DNA from: a virus
Taxonomy: Duplodnaviria > Caudoviricetes
Strand: one strand, 5' to 3'
Virus record (IMG/VR): IMGVR_UViG_3300011423_000008
Span: 7,760 to 71,759 of that record
DNA: 64,000 nucleotides
Part shown: in pieces, positions 50,879-59,856 of the stretch
How the letters are laid out: every line of letters starts with the position of its first letter
Position numbering within the stretch: position 1 is the stretch's first letter
Notes under the pieces: model-generated
Told to the model about the DNA's origin: nothing
Seen by the model: only the letters and a program-made list of their open reading frames with translations
The model's database searches: none
Made by a program: the position numbers and the translations under genes

Positions 50879-51826
50879 TTAAGTGGGTAATAAAGGAAAT
50901 AAACCAGTAGTACTAATAATAAGATCGTCTATTGCCGTAACGCTAGTTAAAGCCGGTCCCCCGTGAGAATCGCATCGACCCAAACGAATAACTCTAATTT
51001 GGCTTGGAAGTCCGCCAATAGTTATTGATAATTCTAGTCCAGATTGCAACATAGTCCCGGTATCATATACGCGGGCATAAAATTTATCTCCCGATGCCGC
51101 TAAACATGTAACCCAATACGCTCTCCCTGTTACTATAGGAATACTTCCTGAAACGCCAACATTTGAATGAGCGGAAAGAACTTGTCCATTGGTTCTTAAT
51201 TGCAAAACTCCGAATTGTCCATTTTGCATATCCATTTCAATTTGATCAATAGAAGCAAAATTACCGCCCCCTTCATCATTACTACCAAAAGTCATAAAGC
51301 AACCCAAAGAAACTCTATCATAGGTTGGAGTAAAAGGCAGTCGAATTGTATTTAATTGACCGTTTTGGAATCTTAACGCGTTTACTCCGGTATCAGTAAA
51401 CCCCGTCCCATTAATTGAAATACCGCCGAACAGTCTTCCTTCACCTTCTGTTCCCAAAACAATTGTAGAACCACTTGCCCCAGAAGTAATTACCCAAGGA
51501 TCACTTGTAATATTTCCAAACGCACTATTTTGTAAAAACCCGCTTGTGACAGGTCCAGACGAAGCAAAATCCATATTTAAATAATAATTTACTGGTAAAT
51601 AAGAAATCGAAACACCGCTAGTAGTAAAAAAATGTCCAGTTAAAACAGTATCTAAAATAGAAAAATATTTCTTTCTAACTTCATCGGAATATTTTCTTCT
51701 TTGGTTTGCTGTCCAATTACCGTAATAACCCGACCCCTCTAATTGAAAAGTTGTCAAATCTAAGCCGCTTCTAGGTAGCTGATGCAATCGATTGCCAAAA
51801 TTTGAATAATTACCAGTTAGATACAT
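50879..51826 (-). CDS. beta-sandwich (ConA/LamG-like) putative virion protein
   Basis: Beta-rich C-terminal domain ending TAIDDLIIST; late motif upstream. Confidence 0.5.
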   Translation of the reverse strand: MYLTGNYSNFGNRLHQLPRSGLDLTTFQLEGSGYYGNWTANQRRKYSDEVRKKYFSILDTVLTGHFFTTSGVSISYLPVNYYLNMDFASSGPVTSGFLQNSAFGNITSDPWVITSGASGSTIVLGTEGEGRLFGGISINGTGFTDTGVNALRFQNGQLNTIRLPFTPTYDRVSLGCFMTFGSNDEGGGNFASIDQIEMDMQNGQFGVLQLRTNGQVLSAHSNVGVSGSIPIVTGRAYWVTCLAASGDKFYARVYDTGTMLQSGLELSITIGGLPSQIRVIRLGRCDSHGGPALTSVTAIDDLIISTTGLFPLLPT

Positions 51827-51837
51827 ATTTGATATTA

Positions 51838-51844
51838 ATTACAC
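51838..51844 (-). promoter_or_regulatory. putative late promoter motif
   Basis: GTGTAAT 11 nt before ATG. Confidence 0.6.
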
Positions 51845-52192
51845 TGAATTATTAGATTTCTTTTCTAAGTCTAACTGTGCGTGCAATTTTCTATGGCAAT
51901 TTGCACATAAAACATCACATTTAGCTATTTCTGCTTCGATTTTCTCATCGCTGAAAAATTTAGCCATTTTACTTACGTCTTTTATTTTTTGAGCCGGGTC
52001 GCGATGATGAAAATCCAAACAACAAAAATCGTTCTCGCCACATTTTATACAGAACAAAATATTTTTATATTTGATTATAAATGCTTCTTTCCGAGTTTGT
52101 TTTCGTATTTTAGCTTTGGTTTTATATGCGACTTTGTGTTTTTTATAATATTCGCGAAACCATTTGTTGTAATTTTCTTTGTTACGTGGCAT
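51839..52192 (-). CDS. HNH endonuclease
   Basis: CIKCGE...LDFHHRDP..K...KCDVLCANCHRKLH. Confidence 0.9.
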   Translation of the reverse strand: MPRNKENYNKWFREYYKKHKVAYKTKAKIRKQTRKEAFIIKYKNILFCIKCGENDFCCLDFHHRDPAQKIKDVSKMAKFFSDEKIEAEIAKCDVLCANCHRKLHAQLDLEKKSNNSV

Positions 52193-52267
52193 TGGTGAGG
52201 GATGCGAGTAACGCTCTCGCTAATTCAGATTGGAAGTCTGACATGTATCTGTCAACATCTATCCCCC
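52193..52267 (-). tRNA. trnG: tRNA-Gly(TCC)
   Basis: TCAGA-CTTCCAA-TCTGA; CCA. Confidence 0.85.
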
Positions 52268-52273
52268 AAAATT

Positions 52274-52346
52274 TGGACCAGCAGGGTAACGCTCCCTGTT
52301 CTATACATTGCAAGTGTATTGTGTTAACTTTTAGCACTACAAGCCC
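52274..52346 (-). tRNA. trnA: tRNA-Ala(TGC)
   Basis: G3-U70, A73; loop CT-TGC-AA. Confidence 0.85.
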
Positions 52347-52348
52347 TT

Positions 52349-52416
52349 CAGGTTGTGTGAGACTCGCACTCACCAAGACAAGTTTTGGAGACTCGTCACC
52401 GCCTTGCGGACAACCT
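52349..52416 (-). tRNA. trnW: tRNA-Trp(CCA), mini D arm and 7-bp anticodon stem
   Basis: AGGTTGT/ACAACCT + G; CCGC-AAG-GCGG; GACGAGT-CTCCAAA-ACTTGTC. Confidence 0.8.
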
Positions 52417-52425
52417 ATTTTAAAA

Positions 52426-52500
52426 TGGAGCGGGTTGCGGTATTTGCAACCGCTTCTGGAGAATGGCAATCTCCCGTTTCACTACATAAACTAAACCCGC
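52426..52500 (-). tRNA. trnG: tRNA-Gly(GCC)
   Basis: GCGGGTT/AACCCGC + TCCA; loop TT-GCC-AT. Confidence 0.9.
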
Positions 52501-52635
52501 ATTTGAGTTTTTCAACCATTTCCGCTTGGTAGCATCAATGTCCCCACTGATACCGGCGTCTCCGAGTCTCACGGCCCGCCTCTAGCGAATTGTTTTTTAA
52601 CGAGTTCCCAATCACAACTCAAACTAACTATTCTT

Positions 52636-52664
52636 ATATTATCCCCCCTTTTCCCTATCGTCAA
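52636..52664 (-). promoter_or_regulatory. sigma70-type promoter heading the tRNA array
   Basis: TTGACG-17-TAATAT on the - strand. Confidence 0.6.
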
Positions 52665-52689
52665 CAAAAACTTTAAAAATCTTTTTAAC

Positions 52690-52720
52690 AAAAAACCCCG
52701 CCTGATTTTTCAGAGCGGGG
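52690..52720 (-). terminator. intrinsic terminator
   Basis: CCCCGC/GCGGGG hairpin + T tract on the - strand. Confidence 0.7.
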
Positions 52721-52848
52721 TAAGTATGAAAAACTACTTTTTTACCCCACTCCGCCCCCAAAATCAATAAGACAATTACGTTTCGGCTCTGTATTCGCAG
52801 AGCTTTGAACATGTCTATATAACGATTCCCAATTCATCTTCGTTAGAT

Positions 52849-52855
52849 ATTACAC
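52849..52855 (-). promoter_or_regulatory. putative late promoter motif
   Basis: GTGTAAT ahead of a short ORF starting at 52837. Confidence 0.45.
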
Positions 52856-52917
52856 CGGTTTAAATGAAAAAGTCAAATATTTTTTCTTTTTATCTATTTT
52901 ATTTTTAATATTTAAGA

Positions 52918-53832
52918 ATGCAATGCGCTATTTGCCAAGAAGAAGTGACAGAAGATAATCATTATTTCAGGAAACACAAACTGAAAATGTCAGAATATTT
53001 CTCAAAATATTTCCCAAGATTAGATAAATTTACTCAAGAGCCCATTCCTTTTAAAAACAAAGAACAGTACTTAGAAGCCGATTTTATTAATAAAAATAAT
53101 CTGCGCGGCTGGCTAAAAGAAGTTTCTTTAAAAGAAGCGCAAACCTATTGCCAAGAACTACTTACACAAAGAAAAATATCCAAGAATTTGCGATTTGCTC
53201 CCTGTCAAGTTGAGTTAAGATCAATTATTGCGCCCTCGGTTATATTTTATGATAAGGTTTTCCCTCAGGGATATCAAAAACTTTGCTCGGAATTGAATTT
53301 TACAACACGTTTCGAGACTTTGAATAAAATTATTAATTTACCCAACGAAATTCCTCAAAAACGGCTTATTGTCGATACTCGCGAGCAAAAAGTTCTTAAT
53401 TTAGATATTCCTATTGAAATTAAAAAATTAGATTTTGGCGACTATTATCTTCCGAATAATCAATTTAATATTTATGTAGAACGAAAATCTCTCCCTGATT
53501 TCATCGGCACAATGGGGAAAGATTATGGAAGGTTTTGCAGAGAAGTAGAACGGGCACAAACGGCGGGGGGATATTTGATTGTTTTAGTAGAGGAAACTTT
53601 AACTAATGCCTTAAGCTTCAATCATTTACCTTGGATTAATCGCCATAATAAAGCTTCGCCGGATTTTATTTTTCATAATGTCCGCGAAATACTTCAGACC
53701 TATTCTAATTTACAATTTTTATTTGTTGGGGGACGGAGAAAAGCAGCCGATATGTTAAAAAAAATCTTCTTTTCCAATCAGGATTTTAGAATTTTCGATA
53801 ATCAATTAGCTCATGATTGTAATATCATTTAA
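52918..53832 (+). CDS. ERCC4/XPF-family nuclease with N-terminal Zn finger
   Basis: LIVDTREQK, GDY, VERKSLPDF. Confidence 0.85.
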   Translation: MQCAICQEEVTEDNHYFRKHKLKMSEYFSKYFPRLDKFTQEPIPFKNKEQYLEADFINKNNLRGWLKEVSLKEAQTYCQELLTQRKISKNLRFAPCQVELRSIIAPSVIFYDKVFPQGYQKLCSELNFTTRFETLNKIINLPNEIPQKRLIVDTREQKVLNLDIPIEIKKLDFGDYYLPNNQFNIYVERKSLPDFIGTMGKDYGRFCREVERAQTAGGYLIVLVEETLTNALSFNHLPWINRHNKASPDFIFHNVREILQTYSNLQFLFVGGRRKAADMLKKIFFSNQDFRIFDNQLAHDCNII

Positions 53833-53852
53833 TGAAATCAATATCAATTTTG

Positions 53853-53859
53853 GTGTAAT
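53853..53859 (+). promoter_or_regulatory. putative late promoter motif
   Basis: GTGTAAT 12 nt before ATG. Confidence 0.6.
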
Positions 53860-53871
53860 AAAACAAAGAAC

Positions 53872-55863
53872 ATGAAACTTAGAGATTTTGCAGATAACTC
53901 AGGAATTTCTTATTTAAAGGCTTGGAGAATGTATAAAGACGGGAAGATTCCGGGCGCATTCAAAAATAGTCAGGGCGAAATTATCATTCCAAATTCTACT
54001 CCCGAAGTCAATTCCAAGGGGGTTTTAGCCAAAATTACAGAAAACAATGCGAACGCGGGGGAACCTTCTTCGGTTGAATTTTCGTCAACGAGAAGTAATA
54101 GATCGGCTTTCATTAATCCTACAGACCGCTTCAAACATATTGATAATTCAATACTTCCTTTTAATTATAACACGGCGGCTTACGGTAATACATCGGACGT
54201 AAATGTTAAAGAAGCAATTATTTTATGTCAAAAATGTTATTATTCTTTTGCTATTTTTCGCAGCACGATTGATTTAATGACTGAGTTTTCTGTTAATAAT
54301 GTTCGTTATAAAGGAGGCAGTCAAAAATCTCGGGACTTTTTTCAAGCATATTTTAAAAAACTCGACCTTTGGGAACTACAAGATATGTGGTTTCGTGAAT
54401 ATTTTCGTTCGGGGAATGTTTTTGTTTATCGTATTGAAGGGCAAGTAAGCAAAGACGAGCTAAAACAATTACAACAAACCTTTGGACTGGAAAAAGCGAC
54501 GGAAAATCAAGAAATTCCTATTCGTTATATTATTTTAAATCCCGCTGATATTCACGCGCAAGGTTCTGTTTCTTTCGCAAATACTCAATATTATCAAGTT
54601 TTAAGTGACTATGAATTAGAAAGACTTCGTAGCCCGCGCACCCCGGAAGACAAGGAAGTATTAGAACAATTTGATACCGAAACCAAAAAACGAATTAAAG
54701 ATAAAAAAACAGGAATAGTTTTTGTTCCTTTGGATACCAAGCAAGTTATTGCCACCTTTTATAAAAAACAAACTTACGAAGCCTTTTCGGTGCCATTGGG
54801 TTATGGAGTATTAGAAGATATTAATTTTAAAAAAGAATTGAGGCTCATGGATCAAGCGATAGCTCGTACCGCTCAACAAGCTATTTTATTAGTCACAATG
54901 GGAACCGAGCCGGAAAAAGGAGGGATCAACCAAAAAAACTTGGCCGCAATGACTCGTCTTTTTGAAAATGAGTCAGTGGCGCGGGTTGTGATTGCGGATT
55001 ATACCACGAAAGCTGAGTTTGTTATTCCTCAAATCGCAGACCTTCTTGACCCTAAAAAATACGAAATATTAGATAAAGATATTGCTATTGGTTTAAACAA
55101 CGTCCTTTTAGGGCAAGGGGAAAAGTTCGCCAATCAACATTCCAAAATTGAAATATTTGTCGAACGTTTAAAACATGCTCGCCAAGCTTTCTTAAATAAA
55201 TTTTTAATTCCTGAAATCATCCGAATTTCTAAAAATATTGGATTAAAAAATTTCCCCGAACCTTATTTCGAAGATATTGATTTAAAAGATGAATTAGAAT
55301 GGGCTAAAATTTATACTAAATTAATGGAAATTGGTGTTCTAACTCCCGAAGAAGGTTTTGCGGCTATTGAAACAGGAAAATTACCAAATCCAGAAAATTC
55401 CGAAGAATCTCAAGTTAAACTAAAGAAGAATAAAGACAAGGGTTTATATCAACCATTGCAAAACCAATCGAAAGAGGGCGAGGGGGCTGGAAGACCGGGC
55501 GGAAGTAAAGCGCCTCAAACAACTAAGAAAATTTCACCTATTGGAGCTTCGTATTCTTTATCTAGTTTTGCTGATAACATGAAATTGGCCCAAACGGTGC
55601 AAAATGAAATAGATAATAGTCTCAAAAAGAAATTTAAGTTAAAGAAATTAAACGAAGGTCAAATTTTAATTAGTAATCAAATTATAGACGCTATTGTAAT
55701 TAATGAAAACCCCAAACAATGGCAAGAAAAAATTAAAGAATATCTAGAAAACCCCTTGGATAAAAACCCGGAAAGGGTTTTAGAAGTAGAAGCAATCGCC
55801 GCCGAACATGGAGTTGATTTATATTCAGCCGGTCTTTTATTAGCTTCTAAAATTAAAGAATAA
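53872..55863 (+). CDS. portal protein (probable) with N-terminal HTH
   Basis: Position and size; RSTIDLMTEF...YFRSGNVF pattern; IS607/MerR-like HTH in aa 1-40. Confidence 0.7.
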   Translation: MKLRDFADNSGISYLKAWRMYKDGKIPGAFKNSQGEIIIPNSTPEVNSKGVLAKITENNANAGEPSSVEFSSTRSNRSAFINPTDRFKHIDNSILPFNYNTAAYGNTSDVNVKEAIILCQKCYYSFAIFRSTIDLMTEFSVNNVRYKGGSQKSRDFFQAYFKKLDLWELQDMWFREYFRSGNVFVYRIEGQVSKDELKQLQQTFGLEKATENQEIPIRYIILNPADIHAQGSVSFANTQYYQVLSDYELERLRSPRTPEDKEVLEQFDTETKKRIKDKKTGIVFVPLDTKQVIATFYKKQTYEAFSVPLGYGVLEDINFKKELRLMDQAIARTAQQAILLVTMGTEPEKGGINQKNLAAMTRLFENESVARVVIADYTTKAEFVIPQIADLLDPKKYEILDKDIAIGLNNVLLGQGEKFANQHSKIEIFVERLKHARQAFLNKFLIPEIIRISKNIGLKNFPEPYFEDIDLKDELEWAKIYTKLMEIGVLTPEEGFAAIETGKLPNPENSEESQVKLKKNKDKGLYQPLQNQSKEGEGAGRPGGSKAPQTTKKISPIGASYSLSSFADNMKLAQTVQNEIDNSLKKKFKLKKLNEGQILISNQIIDAIVINENPKQWQEKIKEYLENPLDKNPERVLEVEAIAAEHGVDLYSAGLLLASKIKE

Positions 55864-57347
55864 TGGCCACAAGAATTCCATATTTTTCTCAATATGTGCT
55901 AGTTGGGCCAAGCCCCGCTACCGGTTATCATTTTTTATTTCACGATGGGGGACTTAACAATGAATATAATAATTTAGGGCCAAATCATAATTTACTATTA
56001 GCAATTAATCGAGTTCAGAACGTTACTTTTGCCCTAGAGTCAGAACGTGAAGAAGTTCGACAATTAGGGACGCGCTCTCTCGTAGATAGACCTAATATTA
56101 ATGCACCCAAAATTAATATTCAATTTGAATATTTGTTAAATGGGCTGGCGAATGATGCTCGCCTTGGGTTTAATGTTAACTATGGAAAATTTCATCATCC
56201 CTTTTCGGGCACGCCATATTATTCTGATAATTTTAATGTTAGTTTATTATCGGGGTTTATGGGGCGTCAATTTACTCAACCGAGCGGTGATCCATATTGG
56301 CCTATTCCCATGCGCGATAATCGTAATATTTTCTTGGTTCGCGCCCCCGAATTTGAAGAAATTCAACGCTTGGGAGAACATCGTTTAGATAAGCCGGATT
56401 TGACTCAAGGCGTAGATTTCCTAGCCCCGCAATATGAAGTTCTAGCATTTGGAACTTGTTATTTGGACTCTTATGAAACTTCGGCGGCGGTAAATTCTTT
56501 TCCCAAATCTAGAGTTTCTTTTTCGGCGGAAAACGTTTGTTTTTATTTAAGCGGAAGCGGTTGCAACATTCCGGCTATTAATACCACAACACGCAAATTA
56601 GCCAACGCAAACAAATTTAATATTCCCGAAGTTAGAGACGAGGGCGGGCCTCGCGTTCTCTTACCCGGAGATATTGTCTTGGATATTGCGGCTACAGGAG
56701 CTTCCCAAATTACTGGACTTGGTTTGAATTTTAATAATATAACAATTACTGATTATAGTATTAGTTTAGATTTTAATCGGGATTTATTAAATTCATTGGG
56801 GCATAAATGCCCCTTGGATCGAGAAATTACCTTTCCCGTAATCGCTAATTTAACTTTTGGGACGGTAATGGGGAATTTAACGAGCGGTCATTTTATCGAT
56901 ATGTTGAATCGTGATAGTGGATACAATGTAACGATTAAATTAAGAAATCCGCCAAACCCACCTTTTTACGCACGCAACGAAACCGTTAAACCATTTACAG
57001 GATTAGGGGGAACAGCGGGAACATCGGGCGGCACTACAAACTTTGTATCTAGTGGCACGCCGCGCCATTCGGGACCGGCTTTTGCCGATGGGGACGTAGC
57101 GATTCGTTATGATTTTCGAGGGGCCAAATTCAACTCTGTAGGCTTTTCAACTGCTATCGGCACAAACAAAAGAGCCGAAGTAAGTTTTAGCGTAGAAGTC
57201 GATCCTGATAATTTATCTAAAGGATTATTTATAAGTGGACTATTAAACATAGAAAAGATTGAAGATTATTTAATAGACGAATCAGGTAATTATATTATCG
57301 ATGAAGAAAGTAACATAGTAGTAGGGAATTTGTTTCCTTTGTTTTAA
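55863..57347 (+). CDS. virion structural protein (tail-tube-like)
   Basis: Beta-rich; NRVQNVTF..ESEREEVRQLG. Confidence 0.5.
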   Translation: MATRIPYFSQYVLVGPSPATGYHFLFHDGGLNNEYNNLGPNHNLLLAINRVQNVTFALESEREEVRQLGTRSLVDRPNINAPKINIQFEYLLNGLANDARLGFNVNYGKFHHPFSGTPYYSDNFNVSLLSGFMGRQFTQPSGDPYWPIPMRDNRNIFLVRAPEFEEIQRLGEHRLDKPDLTQGVDFLAPQYEVLAFGTCYLDSYETSAAVNSFPKSRVSFSAENVCFYLSGSGCNIPAINTTTRKLANANKFNIPEVRDEGGPRVLLPGDIVLDIAATGASQITGLGLNFNNITITDYSISLDFNRDLLNSLGHKCPLDREITFPVIANLTFGTVMGNLTSGHFIDMLNRDSGYNVTIKLRNPPNPPFYARNETVKPFTGLGGTAGTSGGTTNFVSSGTPRHSGPAFADGDVAIRYDFRGAKFNSVGFSTAIGTNKRAEVSFSVEVDPDNLSKGLFISGLLNIEKIEDYLIDESGNYIIDEESNIVVGNLFPLF

Positions 57348-57354
57348 GTGTAAA
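57348..57354 (+). promoter_or_regulatory. putative late promoter motif
   Basis: GTGTAAA. Confidence 0.55.
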
Positions 57355-57368
57355 AATATACAAGGTAT

Positions 57369-58256
57369 ATGGCAAATAAAAATATTAGTAATTATAATCA
57401 AGCTCAACCTTTTACGGGAGATTATTTATTGTTTTGGGATGTGTCGGCATCCGGCACTCGTAAAACCACTATAAATCGCTTGGTTGCTTTAACCCCCGAA
57501 GAAGCAGAGGTTTTCGCCGTAACGGGTTCAGTAAGTGGAGCGAAAAATGTTGGACCGGGCGCGGGAACTATTTTTCATAGTAATCAAAGCGGGGTTTTAG
57601 CTTTTAAAACAATTAATGCCGGTTCTAATATTACTTTGTTGAATAATTCAGGTGATGTTACCATTAATGCCGCCGACGCTCCATTAGTTCCTGTACAAAG
57701 CGGACGAAATGTTGGCTTCGGAGAGGGTAGTTTATACCATAGCGTAACAGAAAACGCCTTACAAATCAAAACTATTAAAGCCGGAACTGGTGTTAGTATC
57801 ACAAATAATACCGGGGATGTAACAATTAATTTTGTAAGTGGCGTAGCTTTTTCCGGTGTTCAAGGTTCGGGGAATTGTTTTGTGGTCCCATTTGGGGGAG
57901 ACGGAACGACTCAACCGACTTGGACCCCCGTTACATTCACGCAAGGAAGCCCAATTTTAGTAATTCCCGCTGGCACCGCTAATTATATGATTGATTTTAT
58001 CTATACTATGGAACAAGGGTCAACATGTTCTCATGTATGGGTAAAATTTTCAGGAGTAAACGCGGCGGATATTCCCTTTTCTTATCGTAAGTTCCAAAAT
58101 TTCCCCGGACAATATCATTTAAGACATGTTCAATCATTTACCGGGCCAATTACCCTTCGTCCTTATGCTTTGCATAGCGGGCAAGATGATACGGCTGGCG
58201 ATGCCCAACCTAGAATTGCTTCTACTGGCGCAACATTTAGTTATTTAAGATTATAA
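57369..58256 (+). CDS. virion structural protein with internal repeat
   Basis: Repeated NVG.G.G..H....L..KTI.AG..I...NN.GDVTIN. Confidence 0.65.
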   Translation: MANKNISNYNQAQPFTGDYLLFWDVSASGTRKTTINRLVALTPEEAEVFAVTGSVSGAKNVGPGAGTIFHSNQSGVLAFKTINAGSNITLLNNSGDVTINAADAPLVPVQSGRNVGFGEGSLYHSVTENALQIKTIKAGTGVSITNNTGDVTINFVSGVAFSGVQGSGNCFVVPFGGDGTTQPTWTPVTFTQGSPILVIPAGTANYMIDFIYTMEQGSTCSHVWVKFSGVNAADIPFSYRKFQNFPGQYHLRHVQSFTGPITLRPYALHSGQDDTAGDAQPRIASTGATFSYLRL

Positions 58257-58260
58257 AAAA

Positions 58261-58267
58261 GTGTAAT
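58261..58267 (+). promoter_or_regulatory. putative late promoter motif
   Basis: GTGTAAT 8 nt before ATG. Confidence 0.65.
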
Positions 58268-58275
58268 TATTAAAG

Positions 58276-59823
58276 ATGGCGAAAGAATTTAAATATAAGA
58301 TAGATTTCAGTTCTATAATCAAAACTGCCGTTCCCGAAGAAAAAAATAGTTTTTTAGCTAAAGCTTCTTTGGATGAATTGCGTAAATTTATCCCTGATAT
58401 CGATGAAAAAAATGTCGATCTTCTTCCCTTCTCTACAGATGCGTATGTCGTTAACCATGTGAATCTTAACGGGGCTGTAGTAGATGCGGCGACGGCAGTA
58501 GATACAATCGATTTGTTTATTTATAAACAATGTAATTTAGAACATGATCGAAACAAAATCGTAGGAGTTCTTTTAAATGCTTCGTTTTCCGAATTTGGAA
58601 CTAATAAATTAATTTCCAAAGAAGACGCTCGAAAAATGACTGAGCCTTTCAACGTAACAGTGGGCGGCGTTATTTGGAGAGTTATTAATGCAAATTTAAT
58701 TGAATATTTAGAAGATACTAATAACCCGTCTTCTCCTAATTATCAAAAAGTCTCGGCTAGTTATGAAATGGGTTATGATGATTTTGAAATCGCGGTTTTA
58801 CCTATTGGTTCTCGTAATTTAGTAGACGCCCAAATTATTCGTTCGGGCGAGGAAAAAGCTAGATTATCTAAGGTTTTAAAGACTTTTGGTGGTACCGGCA
58901 GAACCGATGACGGACAAGAAGTTGCGATTTTATTAAAAGGTGAAGTAACTCCTTTAGGGATTGGTTTAACTGAAAACCCCGCCGCCGCAGTTCAAGGTTT
59001 AGCAGTCCCCCAAGCAAATACAGAAAATTTAGATAATGAGGATGATGCAAATATGATAAATATAGAAGAATTCACTCAAAAATTTCAACAAACAATAATC
59101 GAAACAATTCAAACAGAGCTTAAGAAACAAGAAGAAAATGTAGAAAAAATTTCACATTTAGAAAATTCAAATGTAAAGAAAAACAACGGAATTATGAAGA
59201 TAACTAGTTTAAAAGATATTACTGACGAAGCATTAGCTTCTAAAACTATTGTTGCATCCTCTATTGAGACTTTTGTTAATGAAGAACTATTGAAGGCCAA
59301 TGATCAATGGGTCAAAGAAAAAGAAGAAAAAGACAACGCAATTAAGTCTACTCAGGAAAAAGCAGCAGAGTTGGAAAAAACCAATCTTAAACTTCAAGCG
59401 GATTTAGACGCTTTAAAATCTACTGTAAGTCAATTACAAACAGAAAAAGCGGCAAAAGAACAACAAGAAAAATTTAACGCTCGTATGGCGTCTTTCGATG
59501 TGAAATACGAATTAACCGATGAAGACCGCGCAGCAATCGCTTTTCAAGTTAAAAATGTAGCCGATGAAAATTTCGAATCCGTTGAAAAGAATTTATCTGT
59601 TCTTTTACAAGCGAAAGACAAGGAAGTTATCGCTAAAAAGAAAGAAGTAGTTGCCTCGGTTACAACCACCACCGAAGTTGTAAATACCGCAATCGAAACC
59701 GCAGTTCCAATAACTCCCGTTCCAGCGGCTACCACTACTCCAGCGCCGAAAACATTAAAAGAAAAATTCAGCAAAGCTTTCGCGGAAGATCAATTTATTA
59801 TTGAATATAATCGCGGAAGATAA
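58276..59823 (+). CDS. prohead protease with C-terminal scaffold
   Basis: VNLNG...NLEHD...IVG protease pattern; coiled-coil C-half; upstream of capsid genes. Confidence 0.75.
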   Translation: MAKEFKYKIDFSSIIKTAVPEEKNSFLAKASLDELRKFIPDIDEKNVDLLPFSTDAYVVNHVNLNGAVVDAATAVDTIDLFIYKQCNLEHDRNKIVGVLLNASFSEFGTNKLISKEDARKMTEPFNVTVGGVIWRVINANLIEYLEDTNNPSSPNYQKVSASYEMGYDDFEIAVLPIGSRNLVDAQIIRSGEEKARLSKVLKTFGGTGRTDDGQEVAILLKGEVTPLGIGLTENPAAAVQGLAVPQANTENLDNEDDANMINIEEFTQKFQQTIIETIQTELKKQEENVEKISHLENSNVKKNNGIMKITSLKDITDEALASKTIVASSIETFVNEELLKANDQWVKEKEEKDNAIKSTQEKAAELEKTNLKLQADLDALKSTVSQLQTEKAAKEQQEKFNARMASFDVKYELTDEDRAAIAFQVKNVADENFESVEKNLSVLLQAKDKEVIAKKKEVVASVTTTTEVVNTAIETAVPITPVPAATTTPAPKTLKEKFSKAFAEDQFIIEYNRGR

Positions 59824-59856
59824 TTTAAAAATAAAACAATAAATTTATAAAATAAT

